A DNA stretch of 64,000 nt from a virus. Its lineage: Duplodnaviria > Caudoviricetes. Position 1 is the stretch's first letter; every line of letters starts with the position of its first letter. The notes under the pieces were generated by a model. It was not told where the DNA came from, ran no database searches, and was given only the letters and a program-made list of their open reading frames with translations. A program made the position numbers and the translations under genes. The DNA lies in IMG/VR virus record IMGVR_UViG_3300044991_001466; one strand, written 5' to 3'. Below are positions 17,119 to 26,836 of the stretch, piece by piece.

Positions 17119-18669
17119 ATGAACTTTAAAAACTTACTATCTGAGTTATTGGTTGAAGCCAATAAACGAGATGTATTAATCACCAAATTGGGATTAAATG
17201 AAATGAACGCAGAGACAATTTCAAAAATCTGTGGCCCATTTTCTGTGTTTATTGCAAACAAGATTATTGATATTGTTCAGAAACAAATCATAAAAGATAA
17301 GAATAGAGATTTCACTAGACAAGAAACCGTTGAATATTTAAACGGGGGGTATACCATTCGAACATCTCAGACCCAACTAACCACAATAATGGATTGGGTT
17401 CGTACAGGATTAAATGGTAATGTTAAACCATATCAAAATTTCACATACGACCAGTTGGTTCAAGAAGCCAAAAAATGGCACGATGATTTGGGTGTTGGTA
17501 ATGGTGAAATTAATTATGTGGAAAAAGGTGAAACCCTATTGGATTATCGTGATGATGAGATTGGTTTTTATTGGGTTAATCTTAATACAAATGCCAGTGA
17601 TGAGGAATGTAATAGAATGGGTCACTGTGGACGTACAAGTTCTGACAACACAATCTACTCACTTAGAGAAGTTAAACGATTTAACGAGAAGTATACCATC
17701 AATAAGAGTCATCTAACAGCGGCGATAGGAAACCGTGATGGTATTGTATATCAAATGAAAGGTCCCAAGAATTCAAAACCTCAGGAAAAGTTCTTTCCTT
17801 ACATCATTGACTTATTATTGAAAAGTGAAAACATTAAAGGTTTTGGTTTCGAATATAATTCAAATGACGATTTTAGTTTGGGGGATTTACCTGAAGATAA
17901 AATAAAAGAAATATATAGTCAGAAACCAATCCTATTTGATAATAGAAAAGGTAAAAGAATATTACAGAAAATCGGAGTATTACCAAATAGGTCAACGGAA
18001 GATATGGTGTTTGAATTACAAATTGATCCAGCATATATTTCACGTTACGTGGATGGTGATTGGACGGTTAGAAAATACAAAGACTCAAGTGGTAGACAAA
18101 GAGAGACGGGTATGTTTGAAACGTTGTTAAGTGGTGATTATTGGGATTTGTTTGAGGGTAATGGTGGAGATTGGGAATCTGCAATGTATTATATAGATGA
18201 GGAAAATACTAAAATTATATGGGATTTAATTGGGAGTATCACTAACCCCGATGAAATTGAGGGTATGTCATTAAATGAGGTCATTAACGAATTTGATAAA
18301 AATTATGAAATTCGAAATTCATTAGGTAACGCAATATCTTCCGCCGAAAGTGATTCATTTTACATTTATTATAAAAAAGCACTTCAGAACGCATTGGAAG
18401 AATATGGTGAAGTTACTAAATTAAATGATGAGGGCGCAATAATAAGAATTGATTTACAAAAAGTAATTGAAAATCATGGGATAAATGATGATGATTTGGA
18501 TAGTTATTTTGAAAGATGTGGGGATAGATATGAATGTGTATTTGACGAAGTGATGGGGGATTACTACGATAAACCCGATTTTAGAATAGACGATAGGTGG
18601 ACACCTGATGTAAATGAAAATTATTTTAATGAAATTCTAAATGATTACTTAGGTGATATTAGAATGTAA
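17119..18669 (+). CDS. leader + PcfJ-like domain protein
   Basis: MNFKNLLSE; ECNRMGHCG...IYSLRE...YQMKGPKNSKP. Confidence 0.7.
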   Translation: MNFKNLLSELLVEANKRDVLITKLGLNEMNAETISKICGPFSVFIANKIIDIVQKQIIKDKNRDFTRQETVEYLNGGYTIRTSQTQLTTIMDWVRTGLNGNVKPYQNFTYDQLVQEAKKWHDDLGVGNGEINYVEKGETLLDYRDDEIGFYWVNLNTNASDEECNRMGHCGRTSSDNTIYSLREVKRFNEKYTINKSHLTAAIGNRDGIVYQMKGPKNSKPQEKFFPYIIDLLLKSENIKGFGFEYNSNDDFSLGDLPEDKIKEIYSQKPILFDNRKGKRILQKIGVLPNRSTEDMVFELQIDPAYISRYVDGDWTVRKYKDSSGRQRETGMFETLLSGDYWDLFEGNGGDWESAMYYIDEENTKIIWDLIGSITNPDEIEGMSLNEVINEFDKNYEIRNSLGNAISSAESDSFYIYYKKALQNALEEYGEVTKLNDEGAIIRIDLQKVIENHGINDDDLDSYFERCGDRYECVFDEVMGDYYDKPDFRIDDRWTPDVNENYFNEILNDYLGDIRM

Positions 18670-18716
18670 ATGAATTTTTTAACAAATCAAGATATTTATA
18701 TAAAAACACAAACAAA

Positions 18717-18902
18717 ATGGCAGAAACATTCAAAATTTGTTTAGCGGGTACAAACACACAAGTCGCTGGCACGGAAGAACTTACATTACCTAATGAAATT
18801 GAGGCTTGGTTACTGGTTAATCAAGTTTATTATGAAGATGGTGATCCTAACAAACCAGAACCTGATAGTTCTAAGTATGTTGTTTTACCAACAGATATGT
18901 AA
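18717..18902 (+). CDS. small late protein (61 aa)
   Basis: promoter at 18692, terminator at 18926. Confidence 0.7.
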   Translation: MAETFKICLAGTNTQVAGTEELTLPNEIEAWLLVNQVYYEDGDPNKPEPDSSKYVVLPTDM

Positions 18903-18925
18903 TTAACTGACGTAAATAATTAAAT

Positions 18926-18958
18926 AATCCTTCATAATACAATTTGAAGGATTTTTTT
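18926..18958 (+). terminator. Rho-independent terminator
   Basis: AATCCTTCA/TGAAGGATT plus T run. Confidence 0.75.
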
Positions 18959-19002
18959 GTTTAAAAATTTTGAATTACCAAAAAACTTTACTATATTATA
19001 AT

Positions 19003-19233
19003 ATGGAAATGTTAATTATATTAGGATTTATAATTTTTGCGGTATTCTCTATTTTTGGTGTTATTAGTATGTTGAAACAAATAAATAGATTACCGGTTAA
19101 AAATAAAAAACCTAACCCAAAGATGATTTTAAAAGGAGTTGATGAAAGTCAACCATTTGTTAAAACAAGAAAAAGAAAACCTAAAACAACAAAAGAGTGG
19201 GAAGACGAATTTGATTTAGGTGGACATGAATAA
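19003..19233 (+). CDS. small single-TM protein
   Basis: MEMLIILGFIIFAVFSIFGVISML followed by a basic tail. Confidence 0.65.
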   Translation: MEMLIILGFIIFAVFSIFGVISMLKQINRLPVKNKKPNPKMILKGVDESQPFVKTRKRKPKTTKEWEDEFDLGGHE

Positions 19234-19262
19234 AAAATAATTTTAATTTAAAAAAAAAGAAT

Positions 19263-19511
19263 ATGCCGTACTGCCAAGAATATGTTGATATTACCAACGC
19301 CGATGTTGAAGTTAATTTTCATGTTAAAATAGAATCAGGTCTATTAATGCCAGGTTTTCACAGTAAATTCGCCTGTGAAGGGTTTGGGTTTATTGGGATG
19401 TATAAGGAAGAAGATGGGACACTAATGTTAAAAATGAAAACAGACAATGATGAGGGATTTGAATTGGTTCCATATCATGTGGTTAAAAACAATTTAATAC
19501 TCGCACAGTAA
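19263..19511 (+). CDS. hypothetical protein, paralog of 16828
   Basis: shared GFIGMYK motif. Confidence 0.7.
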   Translation: MPYCQEYVDITNADVEVNFHVKIESGLLMPGFHSKFACEGFGFIGMYKEEDGTLMLKMKTDNDEGFELVPYHVVKNNLILAQ

Positions 19512-19530
19512 TCAATATTATTAAATTCTT

Positions 19531-19559
19531 AAACTCCATCGAATTCGATGGAGTTTTTT
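19531..19559 (+). terminator. Rho-independent terminator
   Basis: AAACTCCATCG/CGATGGAGTTT perfect stem. Confidence 0.8.
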
Positions 19560-19647
19560 GTTATTTAAAAGAATAACCACATATCAAACGAATTTAATTA
19601 ATTTACGTATATTTATATAATAATCACAAAAAAGATATATATTTAAA

Positions 19648-19881
19648 ATGGCATTAACTTCAGCTGCATCCACAAAGTCAACAACCGATACCGCAACAGG
19701 TAGTTTCACATACATTAATGGTTTATTATCAGCGGCGGCGGGAAATGGTCTATATACGATACATATTGATGGTCAATATGTTAATGATTCAATGACAGGT
19801 TCATTTATAACACAGGGATATAGAGTAACAAAAAAATATACGGATATGGGTACTTACCCAACATACATGATTAGTTGGTAA
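19648..19881 (+). CDS. small late (likely virion) protein
   Basis: promoter at 19609; Ala/Thr/Ser/Gly-rich. Confidence 0.7.
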   Translation: MALTSAASTKSTTDTATGSFTYINGLLSAAAGNGLYTIHIDGQYVNDSMTGSFITQGYRVTKKYTDMGTYPTYMISW

Positions 19882-19894
19882 TTAAAAAAACAAA

Positions 19895-20251
19895 ATGGCA
19901 AAGAAACTTAAAATCACGGAAGAACAATTAAAAAGATTAATGGTCTTAAAAGAAGAAAATCAAGAATTTGACGATTTTGATACTCAAATACAACCTGAGG
20001 AAATACCATCAACCGATTATGACAATATGAATGACATGAAAAATTCTAATCTTGAATTAGAAAGAATGGTAGATAGTTTTATTAAACAATTTAAAGAAAA
20101 GGCCACTTACGGGGTGGATGAAGCTATGATTGATGACCTTTGTAATCAAATGCGTCAGGGTTTAAGTGGCGAAGAAACACGACCCCCTCTGAGTATTGGT
20201 TTTAGAGAATCGGTTAAAAAAATTAAATCTGAATTCCAAAGATATCTTTAA
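19895..20251 (+). CDS. leader + acidic hypothetical protein
   Basis: MAKKLKITEEQLKRLMVLKEE. Confidence 0.75.
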   Translation: MAKKLKITEEQLKRLMVLKEENQEFDDFDTQIQPEEIPSTDYDNMNDMKNSNLELERMVDSFIKQFKEKATYGVDEAMIDDLCNQMRQGLSGEETRPPLSIGFRESVKKIKSEFQRYL

Positions 20252-20271
20252 TCAAATATAAAAAAGTAAAT

Positions 20272-20297
20272 AAAACCCTCCAAACGGAGGGTTTTTT
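20272..20297. terminator. bidirectional terminator
   Basis: AAACCCTCC/GGAGGGTTT between convergent genes. Confidence 0.8.
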
Positions 20298-22083
20298 ATT
20301 TAACAAAAGAGTTTGGCTTTTTAGGTGGGAACTTTAAACTTTTATTAATTTCAATTAACAAATCATTTGCTAAGTCCACGTGACCTTTTTCGGAGTAATG
20401 TAAGTCATCAACCATTCCGTTTGTTTCCTCACTAATTGTTTGATACCGTTTCCACGGAATGAAATTATTATAACATAATTTTTTATAATTGGTTGTATCA
20501 TAGTACTCAAATCCCATTTTAAGTTGATTTATGGTTTCATGGTCAGATATTTTTAATTTATCACCATTAACTAATACAATTTTTTTACCTAAATTAATGT
20601 CAGTTCTTATTTTATCAATATCTAGATTTTCAAAAACATCATAAATTACTTCAGATTCTCTTTTTATTAACTCTTTATGGTCTTCAGAAATGTTATCCCA
20701 ATCACCTTTTACGTATAATCCAATATTAAACATGGGGTATCTTTTTGACCAAATTCTATTAGGTAGCGTTTGAATGGGGTCTACCCATGTCCAATGATAA
20801 ATATTGTTTTTTAAAACCATTTTAATGATTTTAATGTAATTATCAATTTCAGTCCAATAAATTGAATATGTACTACGATTAATTGCAATTTCAGATGTTG
20901 ATTTGTTTGACACATCATCATTTTGTGGTGGATGTATTGGGTTTCCAGTAACATCTTTAAAAAAATTAGCTTCAGTAGAGATTCTAAATCTACCAGGGTC
21001 AGTCCAATTAAATATTACATAATCATTTGGTTTAATTTGAGAAACACAACGTAAAAAAGTATCAAAAATTGTTTGATTAGAACACCCACCATTACCATGA
21101 TTTTCCAAATCAACATTCAACGAGTTCGCAATTATCTCACTATAGTTTTTTGGAATGAAACCCCCTAATATGTTTTGTTTTATTTTATATTCTTTATATT
21201 TTGTTGCCCAATCATTATTAGTCTCAAAATGAGATTTAAATGTTTGAGTGAAAGAATCCCCAAACACCCATAATTTAGGTTTTATTCTTTGTTCAATAAT
21301 TTTTATTAATTTTTCAGAATATAATTTATGCCCAAAATATCCTGGATGACCGTCAGTGGTAAAATTATTTGTTTCTGTTCTTATGTTATGGTTTTGAAAT
21401 CCACAAAACTGATTAATGGACATAAACCCATCTACTATGATATTTCTTTTTTTATCTAAACTATCGTATATTTTTTCATAATGTAATTTTAATGTTGAGT
21501 CATTGAACATATAAAAATATTCAATATTGTTTTCATTTAGAAAACTAAATAATCCAATTAAATCACCTCTAAATTTATTTGTAAACACAATAGGGTCATG
21601 ATATTTTTCCAAATGAGATTTTAATTCATCATTCATCTTACTATTAAAAATTTCAAGATTGTCTTTTTTAGGTTCATAATATTTTGGTTCCATTGAATGT
21701 ACAAATTCATATGACCCATCGGATTTATATCCAACATTAACAATCATATAATCTTGTGTCTCTTTATTATACATATCAATTCTATGTATAGGGTCTGTAA
21801 TTTCAAATAGAAATAACGTCTTTTTTGCTTGTTCTAAACCAACAGATTGGATATATTCATACGTCCTTCTTATTAATCTTGGGACACCAGACCCCGATTG
21901 TGCATCATGAACTAAGTCACATTCAAAATGGTTGGCAACATATTGTGGATATGTCACATCTTTTTGGTTGTCCCATTCAATACCGTATAAGTTTTTATAT
22001 ACCCTTTTAATTGCACTTTCACCTAAACCTCCACCGGCAGTTAATGAAGATCCATTAGCGTAAATTGTGTTAAAATTTTTCAT
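20296..22083 (-). CDS. tandem two-domain SGNH hydrolase-like protein
   Basis: ANGSSLTAG...DGHPGYFGH and VFGDSFT...DDLHYSEKGH. Confidence 0.75.
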   Translation of the reverse strand: MKNFNTIYANGSSLTAGGGLGESAIKRVYKNLYGIEWDNQKDVTYPQYVANHFECDLVHDAQSGSGVPRLIRRTYEYIQSVGLEQAKKTLFLFEITDPIHRIDMYNKETQDYMIVNVGYKSDGSYEFVHSMEPKYYEPKKDNLEIFNSKMNDELKSHLEKYHDPIVFTNKFRGDLIGLFSFLNENNIEYFYMFNDSTLKLHYEKIYDSLDKKRNIIVDGFMSINQFCGFQNHNIRTETNNFTTDGHPGYFGHKLYSEKLIKIIEQRIKPKLWVFGDSFTQTFKSHFETNNDWATKYKEYKIKQNILGGFIPKNYSEIIANSLNVDLENHGNGGCSNQTIFDTFLRCVSQIKPNDYVIFNWTDPGRFRISTEANFFKDVTGNPIHPPQNDDVSNKSTSEIAINRSTYSIYWTEIDNYIKIIKMVLKNNIYHWTWVDPIQTLPNRIWSKRYPMFNIGLYVKGDWDNISEDHKELIKRESEVIYDVFENLDIDKIRTDINLGKKIVLVNGDKLKISDHETINQLKMGFEYYDTTNYKKLCYNNFIPWKRYQTISEETNGMVDDLHYSEKGHVDLANDLLIEINKSLKFPPKKPNSFVK

Positions 22084-22816
22084 TTATAATTTTTATAATG
22101 TCGTTAGCTAAATCTTGATGTCCTTTTTCAGAAAAATGACCATTAAAACTAATGTCATTTGTTTCATCTTTTATTGTTTGATATGTAGATTTAAATGGTG
22201 TGATTAATTTTAAATATTCTGTGGTATAATCGTCCACATTACTTGTATTTGAAAAATCAAGATGTATAATTAAGTTTTTATTAAACATTTGATTAACTAA
22301 TTTTAAATTATTAGTTAACCATTTATAATATATGGAATAATTTTGTCTGTTATACAATAGTTCATTAATCGTTTGAGGACAAATATTTTTGTCAATATAA
22401 TGGTCCTCATTAACCATTATGTTAATATTAGCCATTTTATTTTTATCGTCCGCCAAATTAAATCTGGAATTATATGTCCACCCAAATATTAAAACATCAT
22501 TTGGTTTAATTTGATTAGATGCCTCACTAAAACTTTGAAATATATTTTCGTTTGAGTAACTTGGGGTTGCAAGATTAATTAAATTTACGTCATAAATCTC
22601 AGCAATTATTTCAGGATATGATTTTGGGAAATATCCTTTATATTTAAAATATTTCATTCTAAAATCATCTGTATATAAATAACTACTCGGGTCAATTTCT
22701 GGATTTGATTTAGCTGAATAGGAATCGCCAAAAACCCATAATGTTGGTTTTAGACCAATATTGGTGGTGTGCAAATAATTGTTAGTATAAATTGTCTTAA
22801 ATTTCTCAAATCCCAT
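22070..22816 (-). CDS. SGNH hydrolase-like
   Basis: VFGDSYS...NGHFSEKGH. Confidence 0.75.
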   Translation of the reverse strand: MGFEKFKTIYTNNYLHTTNIGLKPTLWVFGDSYSAKSNPEIDPSSYLYTDDFRMKYFKYKGYFPKSYPEIIAEIYDVNLINLATPSYSNENIFQSFSEASNQIKPNDVLIFGWTYNSRFNLADDKNKMANINIMVNEDHYIDKNICPQTINELLYNRQNYSIYYKWLTNNLKLVNQMFNKNLIIHLDFSNTSNVDDYTTEYLKLITPFKSTYQTIKDETNDISFNGHFSEKGHQDLANDIIKIINEKF

Positions 22817-22861
22817 GAGTTTAAATATAACTCAAATATTTATTAAAAACAACGTTTTACA

Positions 22862-23200
22862 GTGAGAATTATAATATCAGAAACTCAGTTGGGGAAGTTA
22901 AAGGAATTGGTCAATAAAGAAGAGGATATTGATGAGAGAAGTCGAAGTTTTGCGTTTACAAGAAAAAAAAGACTTTTCAGTCAACCTGAAAGAATGTCAA
23001 ATCCTTTGAGGTATAAACTAAAGGATAGACTTGAGGAAGAAAAACCATTAACGGATAAACAAGTAAAAAGTATTGAGGATATCAGTAAGGATTCTAAATT
23101 TTTAACTTGTAGAAATTGTAGAAAGAAATTTACTCAAACAACACATAAGGGTAAAAAGTCTCTACCAATTTGTCCTTATTGTGGAACACATAATAATTGA
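22862..23200 (+). CDS. leader + C-terminal zinc ribbon
   Basis: GTG start, MRIIISETQL; CRNC...CPYC. Confidence 0.7.
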   Translation: MRIIISETQLGKLKELVNKEEDIDERSRSFAFTRKKRLFSQPERMSNPLRYKLKDRLEEEKPLTDKQVKSIEDISKDSKFLTCRNCRKKFTQTTHKGKKSLPICPYCGTHNN

Positions 23201-23204
23201 ATTT

Positions 23205-23230
23205 AAACCTCGTCTATTCGAGGTTTTTTT
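23205..23230 (+). terminator. Rho-independent terminator
   Basis: AAACCTCG/CGAGGTTT plus T run. Confidence 0.7.
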
Positions 23231-23443
23231 ATGCTTATGACAAAAACATGCGAACACAGAGGTTGTAATAATACAATCGAAAAAAAAGAAATGTATAAGG
23301 TATTAGACAGTGATTTTAAACTTTATACGTTTAAGGTATCTTTATGTAATAAATGTTATGAGGAGATACATGAAATTAAAGAAAAATTAGTTGGTGACTT
23401 TTCTATTTTTTTTAAAGAACCAATTAAAAAACGTTACTATTAA
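23231..23443 (+). CDS. small Cys-containing hypothetical protein
   Basis: CEHRGC...CNKC. Confidence 0.5.
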   Translation: MLMTKTCEHRGCNNTIEKKEMYKVLDSDFKLYTFKVSLCNKCYEEIHEIKEKLVGDFSIFFKEPIKKRYY

Positions 23444-24429
23444 ATTAATGATCTGTTTTTTTTATCTTCTTGTAAAAAATACCTTTCATCCATTAAGTCA
23501 TAGTTTGGAATGATAACATTCTGATAATTTAAAATATGTTCATATACAATATCACAAATTAGTTCATGACCTTTTTTGGTTGGATGTTGGCATTTGGAAA
23601 TCCAACCAAACTCACTAGTTTTTTCAATATTAAAATTTCTAAAACCATAATTTGGTATTAAATCGTCTCTATTTTCTAAATGTAATAACATTTCAATCAT
23701 AGAACCATACCCCATGGGTTGTATAATGTTATACCAAGGTATTTTATTAATTAATTTACTTACAATATTTCTTCTTAAAACACTTTCATTACCTTTCATT
23801 AATGTTTTAAAAAAATAGTCACGATTTAATTCTGGAGTAAAACCACTTATTAATAATAATTTAGTGTGGGTTATCTCACACCAATTTAACAACATAAACA
23901 TATCTAACAAAAATTCTGAAAGTACAAATTTTTCAGTGTATATACTTTCACCAAAATGATCTTGTAATTGAGCGTAACCCAATCTATTTTTATCCGCATA
24001 ACTTGGCCACAATGTTGTGGCGTGACAACTAACATCACAAATTTCATTTGCCACATCAAATCTTGAAAAATCTGACACAACAAAAACCAATATTTTTTCG
24101 TGAGCAACTTCAATATTTAAACCCGGATTTAAAAATAACTCCCTAATTGCAAACCGATTTCCTTTACCCGACATACCTAAATTTATTGGTATATAATCGG
24201 TTAAGTGTTTTTCACATAATTGATTTATAAATGACCCAATCCTTCCTTGTTCAAACGCGGCTGGCTCACTTCTCATTTTCTCTACGTCCCAATTATTTTT
24301 TTCCCATAATTCGTAATCTTCGGTGCCTGATCCAGCACAAAAACTATCACCAATACCTATTAGTAATTTTGTTTCTGAATGTATTATTTTATTATAACCA
24401 TTAGTGTTTTTTGACATGTCCATATACAT
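23440..24429 (-). CDS. SGNH hydrolase-like
   Basis: IGIGDSFCAG...CQHPTKKGH. Confidence 0.7.
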   Translation of the reverse strand: MYMDMSKNTNGYNKIIHSETKLLIGIGDSFCAGSGTEDYELWEKNNWDVEKMRSEPAAFEQGRIGSFINQLCEKHLTDYIPINLGMSGKGNRFAIRELFLNPGLNIEVAHEKILVFVVSDFSRFDVANEICDVSCHATTLWPSYADKNRLGYAQLQDHFGESIYTEKFVLSEFLLDMFMLLNWCEITHTKLLLISGFTPELNRDYFFKTLMKGNESVLRRNIVSKLINKIPWYNIIQPMGYGSMIEMLLHLENRDDLIPNYGFRNFNIEKTSEFGWISKCQHPTKKGHELICDIVYEHILNYQNVIIPNYDLMDERYFLQEDKKNRSLI

Positions 24430-24536
24430 AAATATAACACTTTTTTTTCATAAAATAAACATATGTTTATGGTAAATTAAAGACCTCATTATTAAGTGGG
24501 GTTGATTATGTCTGATTTTAATTTTATATTTTACTT

Positions 24537-25904
24537 ATGAATTTACCAAAAATTATTTTAGGATACGATGTGGTGACATCCGGCGGTGAATTACCAAACT
24601 GTCTAAACCCCAAATATATTAATACATTTTATGAATCTAATAAGTTTAAATTTAGTGACTCTGTAAAATATTTTAATAAGAATTGGGGTTTTGATTGTCC
24701 AGTTTTTATTGGTAATCATTATGACCAAATAACAAAAAGGAAATCAATTTACGATATCATTAACGATAGAAAAGAGAGAAATCCATATAATTGGTATTAC
24801 TTAATTGAACCGTACGGAGGTCTTGACATCTTTTTTGGGGATCACTTAATTCAAAAAGATTTTGTATTAAATTTTATGTCAGATGAGGCAATTAATGAAA
24901 TTGTTAACCATATGGGTAATTTATTAATCAATTACGTAATTGATGGCGGTATTGGTATTAATGAAGAAAATTTTAAAAAGTTGGCGGAATTTACAAGAAG
25001 TAAAAAAATACCAGATGAAAAGGTGTTTTTAATATTTTCAGATTTTAAATTAAAAGATAACTTACAAAAGTTAGGTATTAATTATAATTTTTTAGATTAT
25101 AACTTTTATTTAATTTTTAAATCGTTAGAATTTGGTAGAAATATGAAATCCAATAAATCCACAATAACAACAAAAGAGGAATTTATTGATAGTATTGGTA
25201 AACCAAAAAAAGATTTTTTACATTTAACGGGTAGATGGAAATTACATAGACTATTGATTTTAAGTCAATTACAAAAATTGGGAATTGATAATAATTTGGT
25301 TTCTTGGGATAATAGACATTATTATGACAGACTAATCAACGATTTTTTAAAATTAGACAATAACATCATTTTTGCGGAAATGTTAAAAACAAAATCTAAA
25401 GTTTTAGATGTTGAAAACATAAAAAACGTAATGGGTTTTGGATTTGAAAATAAGGGAATTTACCTTAGTAGTTACATTAGTTTAGTTACGGAATCTATTT
25501 TTTTTGAGGAAAAAGGTAAAGGTTTAATTAATTCTAATTTCCCAAGCGGGTTTCTATCTGAAAAAATATGGAAACCGATTGGACACTGTCAACCTTTTAT
25601 ATTGATTGGTCCCGCTAAATCATTACAATACATTAAAGAACGATATCAATTTAAAACTTTTCACCCATTTATAGATGAAGACTATGACAATGAACTTAAC
25701 GATGAATTAAGATTAGAATTAATACAAAAAGAAATTGAAAAATTTTCAAATAAAACTGAAAATGAAAAAATTGAATTTTTAAATGAGGTTAAAGATATTT
25801 GCATTTACAATCAAGAAAAGTTTCTTTCTTTTGGGTTTGAAATGGATAATCCTGTTGAAGATAATCCAGAATTGGCGTCCGTATATCAATTTTTACAACA
25901 CTAA
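24537..25904 (+). CDS. conserved phage protein, possible GT-B glycosyltransferase
   Basis: ISLVTES...FLSEKIWKPI...PFILIG...FKTF. Confidence 0.45.
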   Translation: MNLPKIILGYDVVTSGGELPNCLNPKYINTFYESNKFKFSDSVKYFNKNWGFDCPVFIGNHYDQITKRKSIYDIINDRKERNPYNWYYLIEPYGGLDIFFGDHLIQKDFVLNFMSDEAINEIVNHMGNLLINYVIDGGIGINEENFKKLAEFTRSKKIPDEKVFLIFSDFKLKDNLQKLGINYNFLDYNFYLIFKSLEFGRNMKSNKSTITTKEEFIDSIGKPKKDFLHLTGRWKLHRLLILSQLQKLGIDNNLVSWDNRHYYDRLINDFLKLDNNIIFAEMLKTKSKVLDVENIKNVMGFGFENKGIYLSSYISLVTESIFFEEKGKGLINSNFPSGFLSEKIWKPIGHCQPFILIGPAKSLQYIKERYQFKTFHPFIDEDYDNELNDELRLELIQKEIEKFSNKTENEKIEFLNEVKDICIYNQEKFLSFGFEMDNPVEDNPELASVYQFLQH

Positions 25905-25962
25905 TACTCAATATGATTTAAGGTGTATTTATATAAGAATAAACTTATAAACAAATACACGT

Positions 25963-26808
25963 ATGTTACTTAAATTAGGATCAGAAGGAGAAGATGTAAA
26001 AAAACTCCAAGTAAAATTAGGGGTTGACCCAATTGGTAAATTTGGACCAAAAACCGAAGCCGCGGTAAAGAATTGGCAATCTAAAAATGGATTATCGGCA
26101 GATGGTATTGTCGGAGATAAGACTTGGGGAGTTATTATGGGTATAACCGAACAAGTTAGTGCACCTACGGTTATTACCGAACCCGCACCTGTTAAGAGTG
26201 TTGGTGGGTTAAAATTAGAAAAATTAAAAGGTCATATTCCAGATAGTGTTATCTCTATGATTCCTGATACTGCAGCTAAGTTTCAAATAGACACTCCGTT
26301 AAGGTTAGCCCATTTCTTGGCACAATGTGGACATGAGAGTGGTGGATTTAGATTGACAAAAGAAAATTTAAACTATTCAGCTAAAGGATTGAATGGTACA
26401 TTTAAGAAATATTTTCCAACACTTGAATCCGCAATTCCTTATGAGAGAAAACCTGATAAAATTGCAAATAAAGTATATGGTGGAAGAATGGGTAACGGAC
26501 CTGAATCGTCAGGAGAAGGTGCAAAGTTTTGTGGACGTGGTTATATCCAATTAACAGGAAAAGAAAACTACACAGCATTCGGTAAATCAATAAACGAAGA
26601 TATATTATCTAATCCAGATAAAGTTGCATCAAATTATGCGTTATTATCTGCGGCTTGGTTCTTCAGTAAGAATGGGTTACATAAAATGGCTGACGAGGGG
26701 TCAAGTGACACTGTTGTTACTAAAATAACTAAGAGAGTAAACGGTGGAACAATTGGATTACCTGACCGTATAAAACACTTTAAAGAATATTATTCTTTAT
26801 TATCGTAA
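25963..26808 (+). CDS. endolysin: PG-binding domain + GH19 muramidase
   Basis: LKLGSEGEDVKKLQ..GKFGPKTEAAVK..Q; HFLAQCGHES, ENLNYS, GRGYIQLTG, VNGG. Confidence 0.9.
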   Translation: MLLKLGSEGEDVKKLQVKLGVDPIGKFGPKTEAAVKNWQSKNGLSADGIVGDKTWGVIMGITEQVSAPTVITEPAPVKSVGGLKLEKLKGHIPDSVISMIPDTAAKFQIDTPLRLAHFLAQCGHESGGFRLTKENLNYSAKGLNGTFKKYFPTLESAIPYERKPDKIANKVYGGRMGNGPESSGEGAKFCGRGYIQLTGKENYTAFGKSINEDILSNPDKVASNYALLSAAWFFSKNGLHKMADEGSSDTVVTKITKRVNGGTIGLPDRIKHFKEYYSLLS

Positions 26809-26809
26809 T

Positions 26810-26836
26810 AAAAAAGGGACTTTATAGTCCCTTTTT
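26810..26836. terminator. bidirectional terminator
   Basis: AAAAAGGGACT/AGTCCCTTTTT. Confidence 0.8.
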
